From Iphione sp. A-MEVVRFRX5 (Eukaryota): 64,000 bases of DNA. The notes under the pieces are model-generated. The model searched no databases and was not told the origin of the DNA. It worked only from the letters and a program-made list of their open reading frames with translations. Shown here piece after piece: positions 10,898 through 21,194 of this stretch. Where the stretch lies: the NCBI GenBank assembly GCA_976226885.1, contig OZ320323.1, positions 1,612,001 through 1,676,000 of the forward strand, written 5' to 3'. Position numbers and translations under genes: made by a program. Numbering within the stretch: position 1 is the stretch's first letter; the number at the start of each line of letters is the position of its first letter.

Positions 10898-12542
10898 TTG
10901 CCTGTCCAGCTCCTGCGCTGCCCGCTCTGCTGCATCGCACTGGACCCCTGCAACATAGATAAGGGGGGATCTCCTTACCAGTGTACCCCAGTCTGGACAC
11001 CAAGTCTGCCGTGTAGTTCAATTTGGAAGGAATATATCTCACCACTAGTCTACAGTCGGCTTGGAGGCATAACCAGAAGAGTTCCCTCAGCATGCCCATT
11101 GACACGACATTGTTGCTCTTACCTTTGTTGACCCCCACAACAATTTGGCTGTTGTCACACATGAGGAGTACCTTCTTTCCCCCCCAGGCTGCGCCCCACC
11201 TACCAACTGCCACCAAAATCGGCCACAATTCCAAGTTACTGATGTGGGCCTCACCCGGGGTCTGTACTGCCCCCATACAATGCCCGTGAGGGTCGGCTGT
11301 TTGGCCCATCCCTACCCAACCCTTCCCCCAAGGGACGCAAAACCAGTCCCCCTCCCAATGCCCCCCTCCCCCCCAAAGTGAGGCATCTGTGTACACCGGG
11401 GCCTCCACCCAGCACTCACTGCCTGGGATCCTGGTCGTCCCATTGAACCATACACTTAATCTATCCCACCATTCTAGGTCTGCTGCCATCTCTCTGCCCA
11501 CTGTCACCTGCTTCTTGCCTTGTGGGAAGTCTTTCAATACCTTAAAACACCTTTGGCTGAAGACCCTCCCCCCATGAACCAGAGGGATGCAGTGGGCCAA
11601 CAGGCCACAAAGCCTTTGTAGTTGCTTCTTTGTTGTACGCTTCCTGTTCCTGAAGAAGGCCATCTCTTCCCTGAGCCTCACTAACTTATCCTGCGGTAGA
11701 CGGACCTCCATCTTCTCGGAGTCCACAAGCAACCCTAGGTATCTCATGACCCTGGAGGGGGATCTTACTTTTTTGAAAGAGATTTGGAAACCCAGGGCTC
11801 TCAGAACCCGGTGGAGGGCCAGCTGTGCCTCCCTGCAGGCTTCCTCTGTCCTCCCATGTACCAAGAAGTTGTCTAAGTAATTTACCACATTCCGGTAACC
11901 CATGTTACCCATTACCCTGACCACTGCGTTGGATAGCCTAGTGAATATGCTTGGGGCTGCCTTGGTCCCAAAGCACAGGAAGTTGTCCACCATATATGTG
12001 ACTTCATCCCCTTCAAAGGCCCAGGCCATTCCCATATTCCCCCTGTTTGTGGGATGGACGGGGACTACCCTGTAGGCGTTCGCCAGGTCTGTCACTGCCA
12101 TGTAGTCCCCCTGCTGTATAAACCCCATCACTGTTTCAACCGAGTTGTACTTAAAGGGGGTTGAGGTCTCTGACATATGATTGTTTACCGCTATCCCCAC
12201 TGGCCTACTGCAATCCGTAGTGATCCTGTATGAGTCCCCCTCTTTTGGTACCACCCCTAGAGCATGAACATTGTGCGGGCACCTGCCCACCACGGAGACT
12301 CTCCCTAATTCAATGTCCCTCCTCAGGGTAGTGGATACAAATTCCCTAGCTCTGCTATCCCTTGTAGCTGAATTGTAATTCCTGCACTCATACCCAGGTA
12401 TCTCTGCCCCTTCATCTATTACCTTGAAGCCCTGCGACACCCCCTCCAGGAGGAAGTCTGCATCCTCATCCATGGCACCCCCTTGGCATAGCATAGCCTC
12501 CCAGGCCCGCAGGTTCAGGGGGGAGGGGACCCCCCCCACCAT
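10848..12542 (-). CDS. RT-RNase H (DIRS1-type), with YLDD changed to YLDN
   Basis: DLANAYR, LCFG, YLDNF, YLGL; RNase H motifs YTDAS, ISNLEL, CDN, N..AD.VSR. It overlaps the YR ORF. Confidence 0.93.
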   Translation of the reverse strand: MVGGVPSPLNLRAWEAMLCQGGAMDEDADFLLEGVSQGFKVIDEGAEIPGYECRNYNSATRDSRAREFVSTTLRRDIELGRVSVVGRCPHNVHALGVVPKEGDSYRITTDCSRPVGIAVNNHMSETSTPFKYNSVETVMGFIQQGDYMAVTDLANAYRVVPVHPTNRGNMGMAWAFEGDEVTYMVDNFLCFGTKAAPSIFTRLSNAVVRVMGNMGYRNVVNYLDNFLVHGRTEEACREAQLALHRVLRALGFQISFKKVRSPSRVMRYLGLLVDSEKMEVRLPQDKLVRLREEMAFFRNRKRTTKKQLQRLCGLLAHCIPLVHGGRVFSQRCFKVLKDFPQGKKQVTVGREMAADLEWWDRLSVWFNGTTRIPGSECWVEAPVYTDASLWGGGGHWEGDWFCVPWGKGWVGMGQTADPHGHCMGAVQTPGEAHISNLELWPILVAVGRWGAAWGGKKVLLMCDNSQIVVGVNKGKSNNVVSMGMLRELFWLCLQADCRLVVRYIPSKLNYTADLVSRLGYTGKEIPPYLCCRGPVRCSRAGSAGAGQASGQVQSDSIRPQYVED

Positions 12543-12596
12543 GTGTTGGGACCATCCTACACAAGTTATCCCCTGTGTTGTCCCCTTAGCTGATTG

Positions 12597-14063
12597 CTAT
12601 TCCCTGGCCGAACTCTGGTCCTCCTTCTTCGTACCCCGGTCCTTGCACCATCTGCCCTTGTGGGTACCCTTACATACCGCACAAATATGCCTCCTGCTGC
12701 ACTGCCCTTGACACTCCGAGAAGTTCCACTTGCCACACACATCTTGAGGGACATCGACCCAGTTCCCCTTCTGCTGTTTCTGGGGGCCCTTCCCTTTTTT
12801 GAGGAGGTTCCTCACTCCGGTGGTGTGTTCCCCCCCCAGGTACGTATAGTCCCCCTCCTTATCTGCAGCTACATGCCTGGGCAAGATACCATACATGACC
12901 TTAGAAGTTACAAAGTGCTCATATTTGGCCAGTTGTTCTGAGGGGAATTCGTTTCCCATAGCCTTAAGGGCAATGTACTTGACATGCTCCAAGTAGGGCC
13001 CAACGTCTTTCCTCGCCCTTACCAGGGTGTCTGCCACAGACAGGCAGCCATACATCAATTCCCTATATGTAAGCTCTTCATGAGACTTACCCCCAATGTA
13101 TCTCTCTGGCCTCATCCAGTGAGGGGCCTTCTTTTTGTCCTTGTCCTCCTGGCGTGGTATACACACCGCGATCGGGACGGGATCCGTCTCCTCCACTGCT
13201 AGGGTACCAGGCTGTGGCCCCTTACCTGCAGCCTGGAGGGCTCCTAATGTGGCCTGCAGGACATGGTTGTATTGGCCATCCTGACTTCCCAGGGATAATC
13301 CAGCCAGTCCCTGAAGAAGACACTGGATCGCAGCCGCATGTTGTGGTCCCGAGGTCCCGAGCTGGTTCCCGGCGGTCCCACTAGCACCGCTAGCCGCTGG
13401 TAGGGTCCCCGGCGTCACTCCAAGCTGGTTCCCGGCCGTTGCCTCAATGGTACTGCCCTGTAGGATGGTCCCCGTCGTCGCCCCGAGCTGGTTCCCGGCG
13501 ATCAGGCCGAGGTTGTTGAGGGAACCCATGGTCCCGAGGTGGTTCCCGGCGGTCACAGTGGTGCCGCCGGCTGCTAGCAAGGTGCCCGTAGTCCCACCGT
13601 GGTGGTTCACGACGGTCGCGCTGGTGCCGCTGGCAGGTGGATTGGTCCCTGCTGTCCCGTCACGCTGGGTCCCAGTGGTCCCACTTGTGTCGCCGACCGG
13701 TCGCGAGGTCCCCTCTGTCCCGCTGGTTGCCAGGGACGCTTCACTCGTTGCCGGGGACGCGGTAGTTCCCGCGCTCCACCAGACCGTCTCCTCTCTCTCC
13801 TTCTTCTTCTTCTGAATCCATCTCTCCAGGGCTTCGATCTCCCCTTGCTCTTGCCTGTCTAGCTCTTCTGCCTCTTTTCTCAATTGTTGGAGGTAGTCCC
13901 CCTTGGCGCCCTTCGGATCTTTTGCGTCCTTTGGCCCCTTCTGTTTCCTCCTGGTAGTGACACCGGTAGTCTCCTCCTGAATTTCCTCCTCCATTCTGCC
14001 AGCTTGGCAGCCACTGTCTAGAGGCGGTAGGTGTTTCTTGAGGCAGCTGCTGCAGTTCTCCAT
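12597..14063 (-). CDS. Gag-like ORF1 of Ngaro element 1
   Basis: Open 488-aa ORF: coiled-coil N-terminus, Gly/Thr-rich repeats (TAGNQLG), and a C-terminal CGKWN..C...C..RHICAVCKGTH zinc finger typical of DIRS/Ngaro gag. Confidence 0.85.
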   Translation of the reverse strand: MENCSSCLKKHLPPLDSGCQAGRMEEEIQEETTGVTTRRKQKGPKDAKDPKGAKGDYLQQLRKEAEELDRQEQGEIEALERWIQKKKKEREETVWWSAGTTASPATSEASLATSGTEGTSRPVGDTSGTTGTQRDGTAGTNPPASGTSATVVNHHGGTTGTLLAAGGTTVTAGNHLGTMGSLNNLGLIAGNQLGATTGTILQGSTIEATAGNQLGVTPGTLPAASGASGTAGNQLGTSGPQHAAAIQCLLQGLAGLSLGSQDGQYNHVLQATLGALQAAGKGPQPGTLAVEETDPVPIAVCIPRQEDKDKKKAPHWMRPERYIGGKSHEELTYRELMYGCLSVADTLVRARKDVGPYLEHVKYIALKAMGNEFPSEQLAKYEHFVTSKVMYGILPRHVAADKEGDYTYLGGEHTTGVRNLLKKGKGPQKQQKGNWVDVPQDVCGKWNFSECQGQCSRRHICAVCKGTHKGRWCKDRGTKKEDQSSARE

Positions 14064-14296
14064 AAAGAGTGAGAAAAGAAATCAACTCACTTGGGACACA
14101 GTCCCACTACCCAGACCTTAGTCTGCCTTCACTCTGTGCTCTCTGAACTGCTACTGACTGGGAGACCTGGGTCCCCTCCCCTGGTGTAGCACTTCCCCAC
14201 CAGGTGGCCTCACATGCATAGGGGAGGTGCTGCCTCCCTTGGCTGGCTGCTCAGTTATACTCACCTAAGGGAGTTACCTCCCTTAGCTGCCACATA

Positions 14297-14770
14297 TATA
14301 TATATATATATAGCCCACTCTTGGGGTATTGTGGCCATTTAGGTAATTGATTTCATTAATTCTCTGGTTTATTCTGGTTATAGAAGGATTTAATACAAAT
14401 TGGTTTTTACTGCATCCATTCAGAAATACTCCTCTATTTAGTCGCAGGTTATACTTGAATAAGTTCACAATAAATATTGTGGCTATGTAGAATGGGATTT
14501 GGCCCAATTTCATGTGCAATCGTAGGTTACAATCATCCAACTGGCTGTGTACATACTCCACTGGGTCGTCTTCATTACCCTTACACAGTGTTATATGGGC
14601 AGAATTTTTTTTTTATTTTTCATCTCTGTAATTGTCATACGATCAATCAATCGTTTTAGTGACAAACAGGGTCTGTTTAATTTTACCTCCATCAAGACTT
14701 TTACACAGACATAGTTTGCTTAGTCATAGATGAACTCCAGCTGAGTCTTGAACTACTTAACATGGTGACT
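14297..14770 (-). pseudogene. SGNH-hydrolase ORF, N-terminal/middle part
   Basis: IPFYIATIFIVNLFKYNLRLNRG...NEINYLNGHNTPRVGY matches the other SGNH copies. It joins 9503 once the Ngaro is removed. Confidence 0.75.
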
Positions 14771-15018
14771 TAATACACGAGTTTATGCTTCATGAATGTG
14801 ATAATATCGTAAATATGTACAGCCATACATAAGTATATTCCTATCCTCTCTTATAGGATACTGATGAAAATGAAATCATTGATGTAATGGTGTGATAATG
14901 ATAATGTTGGCATAGGTCATCAACTAGAAAAACCATTTGTTTTATCTTTCTTGTTTTTCAAGGTACATGGTAGTTCCCCTTTTCATATTTACTCCACATT
15001 TCGATATGTATTTTCTTT

Positions 15019-16500
15019 TTAAAAATTTTCTAATTCCTCACAGTTCTTGATATTTGCTGGCAGAGAATTCCAGTTTTTACTTCGTACATAACTCCATCCA
15101 TCTCTATACAATGTTTTCTTAACCTTTCGTAGCATTATCTGCCTTCCTCTTCTCCCTCTCTTCTTTACATTTAGCCATTCATCTTTTGCGCAGACTAGCT
15201 TATGTACTTGCACTGTAGCATATTTTACTCTTGAGATCCCTATAGGCAATAATTTCATTTTCTTCTTATATTCTGAGACGCCTCTAGAGTTTGTTTGTAA
15301 TGCTATTTTATACAATTTATTTATTTTCTTTTCAATTTCACTCACTCCATTGAGCCCTAATACAGCATCCCCATATGCAAGTACTGGTTCTATCATAACC
15401 CTTATTACCCTAAGTAGGGTCTCTGGGGACATTGCTTTTTTCATTCTCTTCAACATGTACTCTTTATGGATCTTTTTTAGGGATAGTTCTTATGGTTCTG
15501 GAACGTTAACCTTTCATCAATAACCACCCCTGAGTAATTGTAGTTTGCTACTTGTTGGATTGATTCCCCTTCAACACTCAGACCCCCATAATCAGTGCCA
15601 CGTCCTAATCTTTTGAGAGAACACATCATATAATTTAGTTTTACCTATATTTAGCATTAATCTATCATTTTTGCACCAGCTATAAACCCTTTCTAATACG
15701 TGTTTAGATTTTGTCATAGTGGCATCCCAATCATTTCCCACCACCGCAATAGCAGCGTCATCTGCATATAAAAATATATCCGCGTCCTCTGCAGCCTGCA
15801 CGATATCATTTATGTATATAAGAAACAGGATCGGCCCCATCAAACTACCCTGTGGTACGCCACAGTTTATAGCCTTTGTACGTGATAGGTGCCCATTCAC
15901 TCGTACTCTCTGATGTCTCCTTTCTAGGTATTCCTTGATTACGGCTCCTAAAGGCAACCCACATACTTCCCTTACCTTTTTTATCAATATGTTGTGATCC
16001 AGCGAATCAAAAGCTTTTGAAAAGTCTAAGTATAAATGTATTACTTTTTTTCCCTCGTTTAAATTCTCGAGTGTACTTCTTACTAAATGTCCTATGGCAT
16101 CTATCGTTGAGTAACACCTGCGAAATCCATACTGGTTTTCACTTATAATATTCCTACTCTCCAGTATCCTTGTTACTGCTTCATATATGATTCTTTCCCA
16201 TATTTTCGATCCCATGGGCAAAACACTTATTGGACGATAGTTGCCTACCTGCAATTTATCACCGCCTTTCCATATTGGAGTCACAATTGCTTCTTTCCAG
16301 CTCTGTGGCATCTTCCTCTGCTTTACTATCTCCCTCATAATAAACATTTGTTGATGAAAAGTATACATTATCCCCTTTTTCATAAATCGTCCACTTATTT
16401 CTTCATAACCAGAGGCCTCATTTTCTGTAAGGTTTTTTACAATCTTCCATACCCGCACCTGATCGATGTCCACATCCCAGTCCCAGTCTGTTCCTAAATA
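15019..16500 (-). pseudogene. CR1/L2-group LINE RT and C-terminus (APE missing)
   Basis: NYRPISVLP, QYGFR, YLDFSKAFD, GVPQGSLMGP, YADD; the C-terminus has KNWNSLP and is similar to 39886-40185. Confidence 0.92.
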
Positions 16501-16838
16501 TAGGTAAACTCGTCCTGTTTTCTAAAATAACTTCGTATATTTGTACTCTAAACTTTTATTCCTTTCATTTTTTAATGGTTGTACAATATGCCAACAATGT
16601 GAAAAATAATTCAATCGACTTCAAGACTACCAACTGCGATGCCATGTGCATATGATTATACTTTGCATTTAAATGATGTGACGAACCATATGCCTTGTTT
16701 TGGGTAATATATGTCAGTTGTGACATACTTAACCCTTCGATGGCACTCAGTAATAGGAACTAAGGGTGGTCAGATAGTTCCTTTTTCTTACAACTCATTT
16801 ACAAAATATATACAGTTTAACACGGATTTCATAAGTAC

Positions 16839-17436
16839 TCAACCTCCAATGTGATCCAAGAATTTTTTCAGAATCACTGCAAGTTTCCGTTTATCTTCAT
16901 CGTCTAGGTGACACCCATCCCTTAGATGTTGGTACCTTACCGCATCTGTTCTTTGTACTCGCTGTCCTATGCGACAAGTTGGGTTCCCATTCTTGTAGTT
17001 TAAATGCGTAATGTACTCATTAAGGTGGCAAATGGCTGAATTCAGCAAGAATTGTTTACGGCTCAATCCCGTCAGATGCCACCCCCTGTTAAGTTTGATA
17101 TTATATTTAAATAAGTTTGCACCAAAGACCGTGGCAAAATAAAATTTTACATTTGGGTAGAGATTTTTTAAAACGTCATTAGCCTCGTAGTATCGGTCCA
17201 TAGCATTGTTTACGAGCTCACTTAAATTTGATTTCTGTAAGTCCACCCATGTTCTCCATGATCCCTCCCATGAGTATTATTCCCTCTGCTCTGCTATACA
17301 TGTCATCATTGATCACCACATCATTAAGCTCCTCAATCGTGAATCCTGGGTAAATTCTGATACTCAGATTTAGCCCTGCCTCACGAGTTAGAGCCCTTAG
17401 GCCGTGTGCTCTCGAGTCAGCAACAAGATAATACAT
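16839..17436 (-). pseudogene. Free-standing SGNH/GDSL hydrolase ORF (one frameshift)
   Basis: MYYLVADSR (block I Ser), YPG (block II), IILMGGI (block III) and LRDGCHL (block V). It has its own ATG and stop. Confidence 0.8.
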
Positions 17437-18226
17437 CGCTCAAATGTCATGCAATAGTTCAATGTAGGAGTTAAGTGCTTATCTGTAAGAGTGGACAGTC
17501 CTCCCACGTCTCTGTGTCTCACACTCTTCTTGTTGATTTCGTCTCGTCTCAGCGGCCTATGCAGCTGACAGTTGGGGATCTATTCAACACAATACATAGG
17601 AGATGAATATCATGCTATTGCATGATTGATATCTTTCATATATTACTTGGTTCAGTTATTCATGCTATCGCATGTTTGGCAATCGATTGCATTCTAGCAC
17701 CGACTAGATTCATGTTATATTACCCCACATGCTTTTGCATGCTCTATCAATGATGTCTCTTATAGTTCACACCATTTATATCTAGAACAGCAAGTTAGAG
17801 TAGTATGCATATACCAGTATAGATACAGCACTGTTTATAAATTTCAGTTCAAGTTGGATGACTTAAATATCATACCTGGTCATATCTGCCCAATACATTA
17901 CCGGCATAACACAACAGCTTCCAATATGCCACGATTCGTCTCTAGGTTTCTGAAAAATACAAGGATAGCTACTTACATGAGTACTTGTTGAACAATTTTT
18001 CATCACCCCTCTTTCACCCTTTCGAGTGATTCAAAGACAGTCATATTACAAGTGAGTTATATCATCGGTTGATCTGCTTTCATACATGCTATCACATGTT
18101 TTTATTCTCCTGGAAGCCCCGCTAGGCAACAGCCCCACCCATGGCCCCTTGTACTACCTCCATTGCAGTTGTGCCTTCATTTTCCTCTTTTTCCAACCTC
18201 TCATCGTCCTCCTTTGTACGTATTTC

Positions 18227-19274
18227 TCATCTTAGCTCCATTAGTAACTTGCCTAACACGTTCTTCCCCTTGTTCTGAAGATACCCCAGTCCACTAGCTG
18301 CACCCCAGAACTTCGACTTAGTTGCTGAAACCAGTTCCTTTTTGTTAGTTGACATTAGGTCTTCCCTAGGACCTGGTAAGCTACCAAATTTTGCCTCTAA
18401 AATACTTTTCATCAGTCCTACCCTTTCCGTTTCCACGTTTCTCTGTGTGAACCTGTTTCGCCTCGGCCAGCGACAGCTCGTCTGGTAGGTTACGTAACTC
18501 ATTTGCCCTGTATGGGGTGTCGTCAACATATAAAATGTTGTTGGTAACAGAGGCTTTCATCCCTTTAGTTCTGGCCAATGTAGCAATGGCTCGTAACTCT
18601 GCCTGTCGTTCACGTTGACCTGAGGTTAGGTCATCGCCTATCCAGATGTTAATACCCTTCAGCATTCCTCGTTTTTTCATCACTGTAGCCTTACCTTGGT
18701 TTAAGAGGGATTTGATTTCGACATCCTGATGTCCCTTCACTGATTCCCTCCTTATTTTGTAAAAGGACGCGATGCACCTCTTATCCAGCTCAATTTCCAT
18801 TTTGTGGAATAGTTCTTCTGCTACTGCATATGGATCAGCGAGGGTGCCTCCAAGTCCACATACTACAATGGTGTTTACCCTCATTGCTCTGTCCATCTGC
18901 TCTGTTACCACTCGTTGTTTCTCCAGTTCCTTCCTCAAGATTCTGTTTTCGGCTTCGATCGCCGCTGTTCTCACCTTTTGTTCCTTCTTCTCAATTATCA
19001 TTCTCTCTGTCCTTTGCTTCAGTTCTATCTCCGCACTCAGCATCCTGCCTTGACTTCCAGTCCATATTCCTTTTGCTTCTGCAATGTTATGCTCAACGGC
19101 CTCCATACGTTTGTCATTCTTCTTGAGCCATCTCAGGATATTACCCATACCTGATTTAATTGTTGTCATGACAACTGGGCTACCACTTGTCCTTTTCCGT
19201 TTTTGTCTCCTTTTATTTAGAGGTTGCTCCTCTTCATCCCCCTCATCCTCTCCTTGTGACAACTGATTCAACAT
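18227..19274 (-). pseudogene. LINE ORF1 (coiled coil + RRM-like) fused to NADAR domain; N-terminal half of NADAR deleted
   Basis: Homologous to 50456-51898 (RAMRVNTIVVCGL, NIWIGDDLT, LYVDDTPY). A second frame gives KFGSL...LMSTNKKELVSATKSKFWG...GKNVLGKLLMELR, the NADAR C-terminus. Confidence 0.8.
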
Positions 19275-20498
19275 CAGTCAGACTCTGTAGGATCTCCGTG
19301 ATTGACTGGTCCCCTCTTTCTTCCTCATTGTCTGTTTTCTTTTTGGGGTTTATCCTCTTGTCCGACCCTGTGTTTCTGTAATCATTGCCTTCATTAGTTC
19401 GTGTGTCTGTAAGGTCAGCCAGTTTCTCGATCCAGTTGCCTCACAGGGGTAGGCCTCATCACTGTCACCAAAGGCACTCTGTGGGGTGCTAAGCCACACC
19501 TACAGGTGAAGGGGAAGGACCTACCTGTCTCCCTTCTGATATTACATACGGGTGGGAGAGTCTCCCACCAATAAGCTTCACACAACACTCATTTACAATA
19601 ATGCGAGCTCAGTCCAGGTCTTCTCCATCTCTGGTCAAGGTCTACCCGCTCGGGGGTCTGGCTGGTTCTGTCTCTGGTGTGTCCCGTCAGCGTCAGTTTG
19701 CTCTCTTTTATTTCTGAACAACACATTATTTGCATACATTTACATTCAATTCAATACCTTCCAGACAACGTGATCTTACCACTTCCTGCTTTGTCATACC
19801 AGATAGTGCCTTGTTTGTTTTCCTCCTTCGTCATTTCTCATGTGCGTCATCTGAAGCTTGGCCCTCATGTGAACTCCTAGTCCCTACTTGTACCTCCTGT
19901 TTGATACTTCACTTAACCAATATTGATTTGCTATATTGACCCGCCCTTGACCACAGCTGTGGTCTTACTGCTAAGTGCACTCTGGGTAACTGTGGCTTGC
20001 CATATGTCGTTATTTGTCAAAGGCTCCTTGCATAAATGAACCCTACCTTAAACTCTATGATTAAGTTCTTGCCGTAAACTCCCTACTGCTAGTCCCATAC
20101 TTTACATGTCTGCTAATGACCTGTTCAAGGACCCTGAACAACCGGTCAGCCTTGACCCTTTGTCTTCTTGACTCGATGTCTTATTTCAGTCTATCTCTTG
20201 CTAAATAGTGAGAATAGTTAGCTTGTACCTTCTTAATCATGTGCTGGAGACTCTTATATCATGAGTTCAGATAACATGCAGATTCCAACTTGCTTATGTC
20301 CGTGTAAATCCTCAAAAATTGTCCGGTCTACCGCCAACCCTCACCTAGCCACCTACAGCGCCATCTATCTTCACTTAGTTGGTTATCAATCACTTTTGTC
20401 CCTTTGCACCTAGTCTGCTCACAGAAACACGAATCAATAAGTGAACCACCAGTAATACTAGGATGTGTTATTGTCGCAATTACCTGACACAGTCCATA

Positions 20499-20530
20499 TT
20501 CAATTCAATTCAATTCAATGCTTTATTCAT
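20499..20530 (-). other. LINE 3' end: AATAAA followed by an (ATTGA)4 microsatellite tail
   Basis: The minus strand reads atgaataaagc(attga)4, ~0.7 kb downstream of the ORF2 stop at 21195. Tandem-repeat tails are typical of CR1/L2. Confidence 0.7.
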
Positions 20531-21194
20531 GAGTCTCTGTTGAAGTACAGAGGTTGCCATCACGAACAACTTATATACAAATGTAATGGATAACATCAGT
20601 AGTAGACCATTATTAGTCAATACCATATGCAGTAGGCACCAGTCTGTCAAAAACGCTTCTGATTTTTATACATAAAAGTTATGCTAGTATACGAACTTCT
20701 TCTACCATATCGCAAATCATCCTCAATCACATAGCAGTTTACATGATGAAAATTCCTGTAAACAGTCACTCAAACTACAGCTGTATACGAAAAGTTTTGC
20801 TACATCACGCCACATCAGACCATATCACAGTGACGATTAATATCACATACAACGTGCATACCCTTCATCTTTATCAATTCTCTACCGTTAAAGCATGCGA
20901 CAAGTCACAGTCTTCAATTGACATTAAAAAAACACATGTAATATTAACTAGCAGGTGAAAATGACCCACATCAGTCCTGCATGCCCAAGATGCATAAGTG
21001 TAGTTTGTGAAAATAGTACCACAACGACATATTTGTGTACAACTGTGTGTTCAACCATGCAACACTGATACATGACTCTCATAAATAGCTCACACAATAA
21101 TATGCTTGAACTAACGCCACCCTTACATCACTCAGCACCATTCAAACTCAAGTCATACCAAGTGCTATAGCAGCACCTTGAGTGTCGGCCTTAA

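Larger units (their letters stand above)
9504..14296 (-). mobile_element. Ngaro-type DIRS-order (tyrosine recombinase) retrotransposon, full length
   Basis: Order is gag - RT/RNase H - YR, with split direct repeats A1 (14072-14296), B1 (9878-9934), A2 (9656-9880), B2 (9504-9560). There is no TSD, and both flanks are (AT)n. Confidence 0.95.

Noticed and set aside
9265-14770. SGNH ORFs as part of the Ngaro elements (some Ngaro families encode one)
   Set aside because: The SGNH sequence lies outside the split direct repeats and is interrupted by the element.
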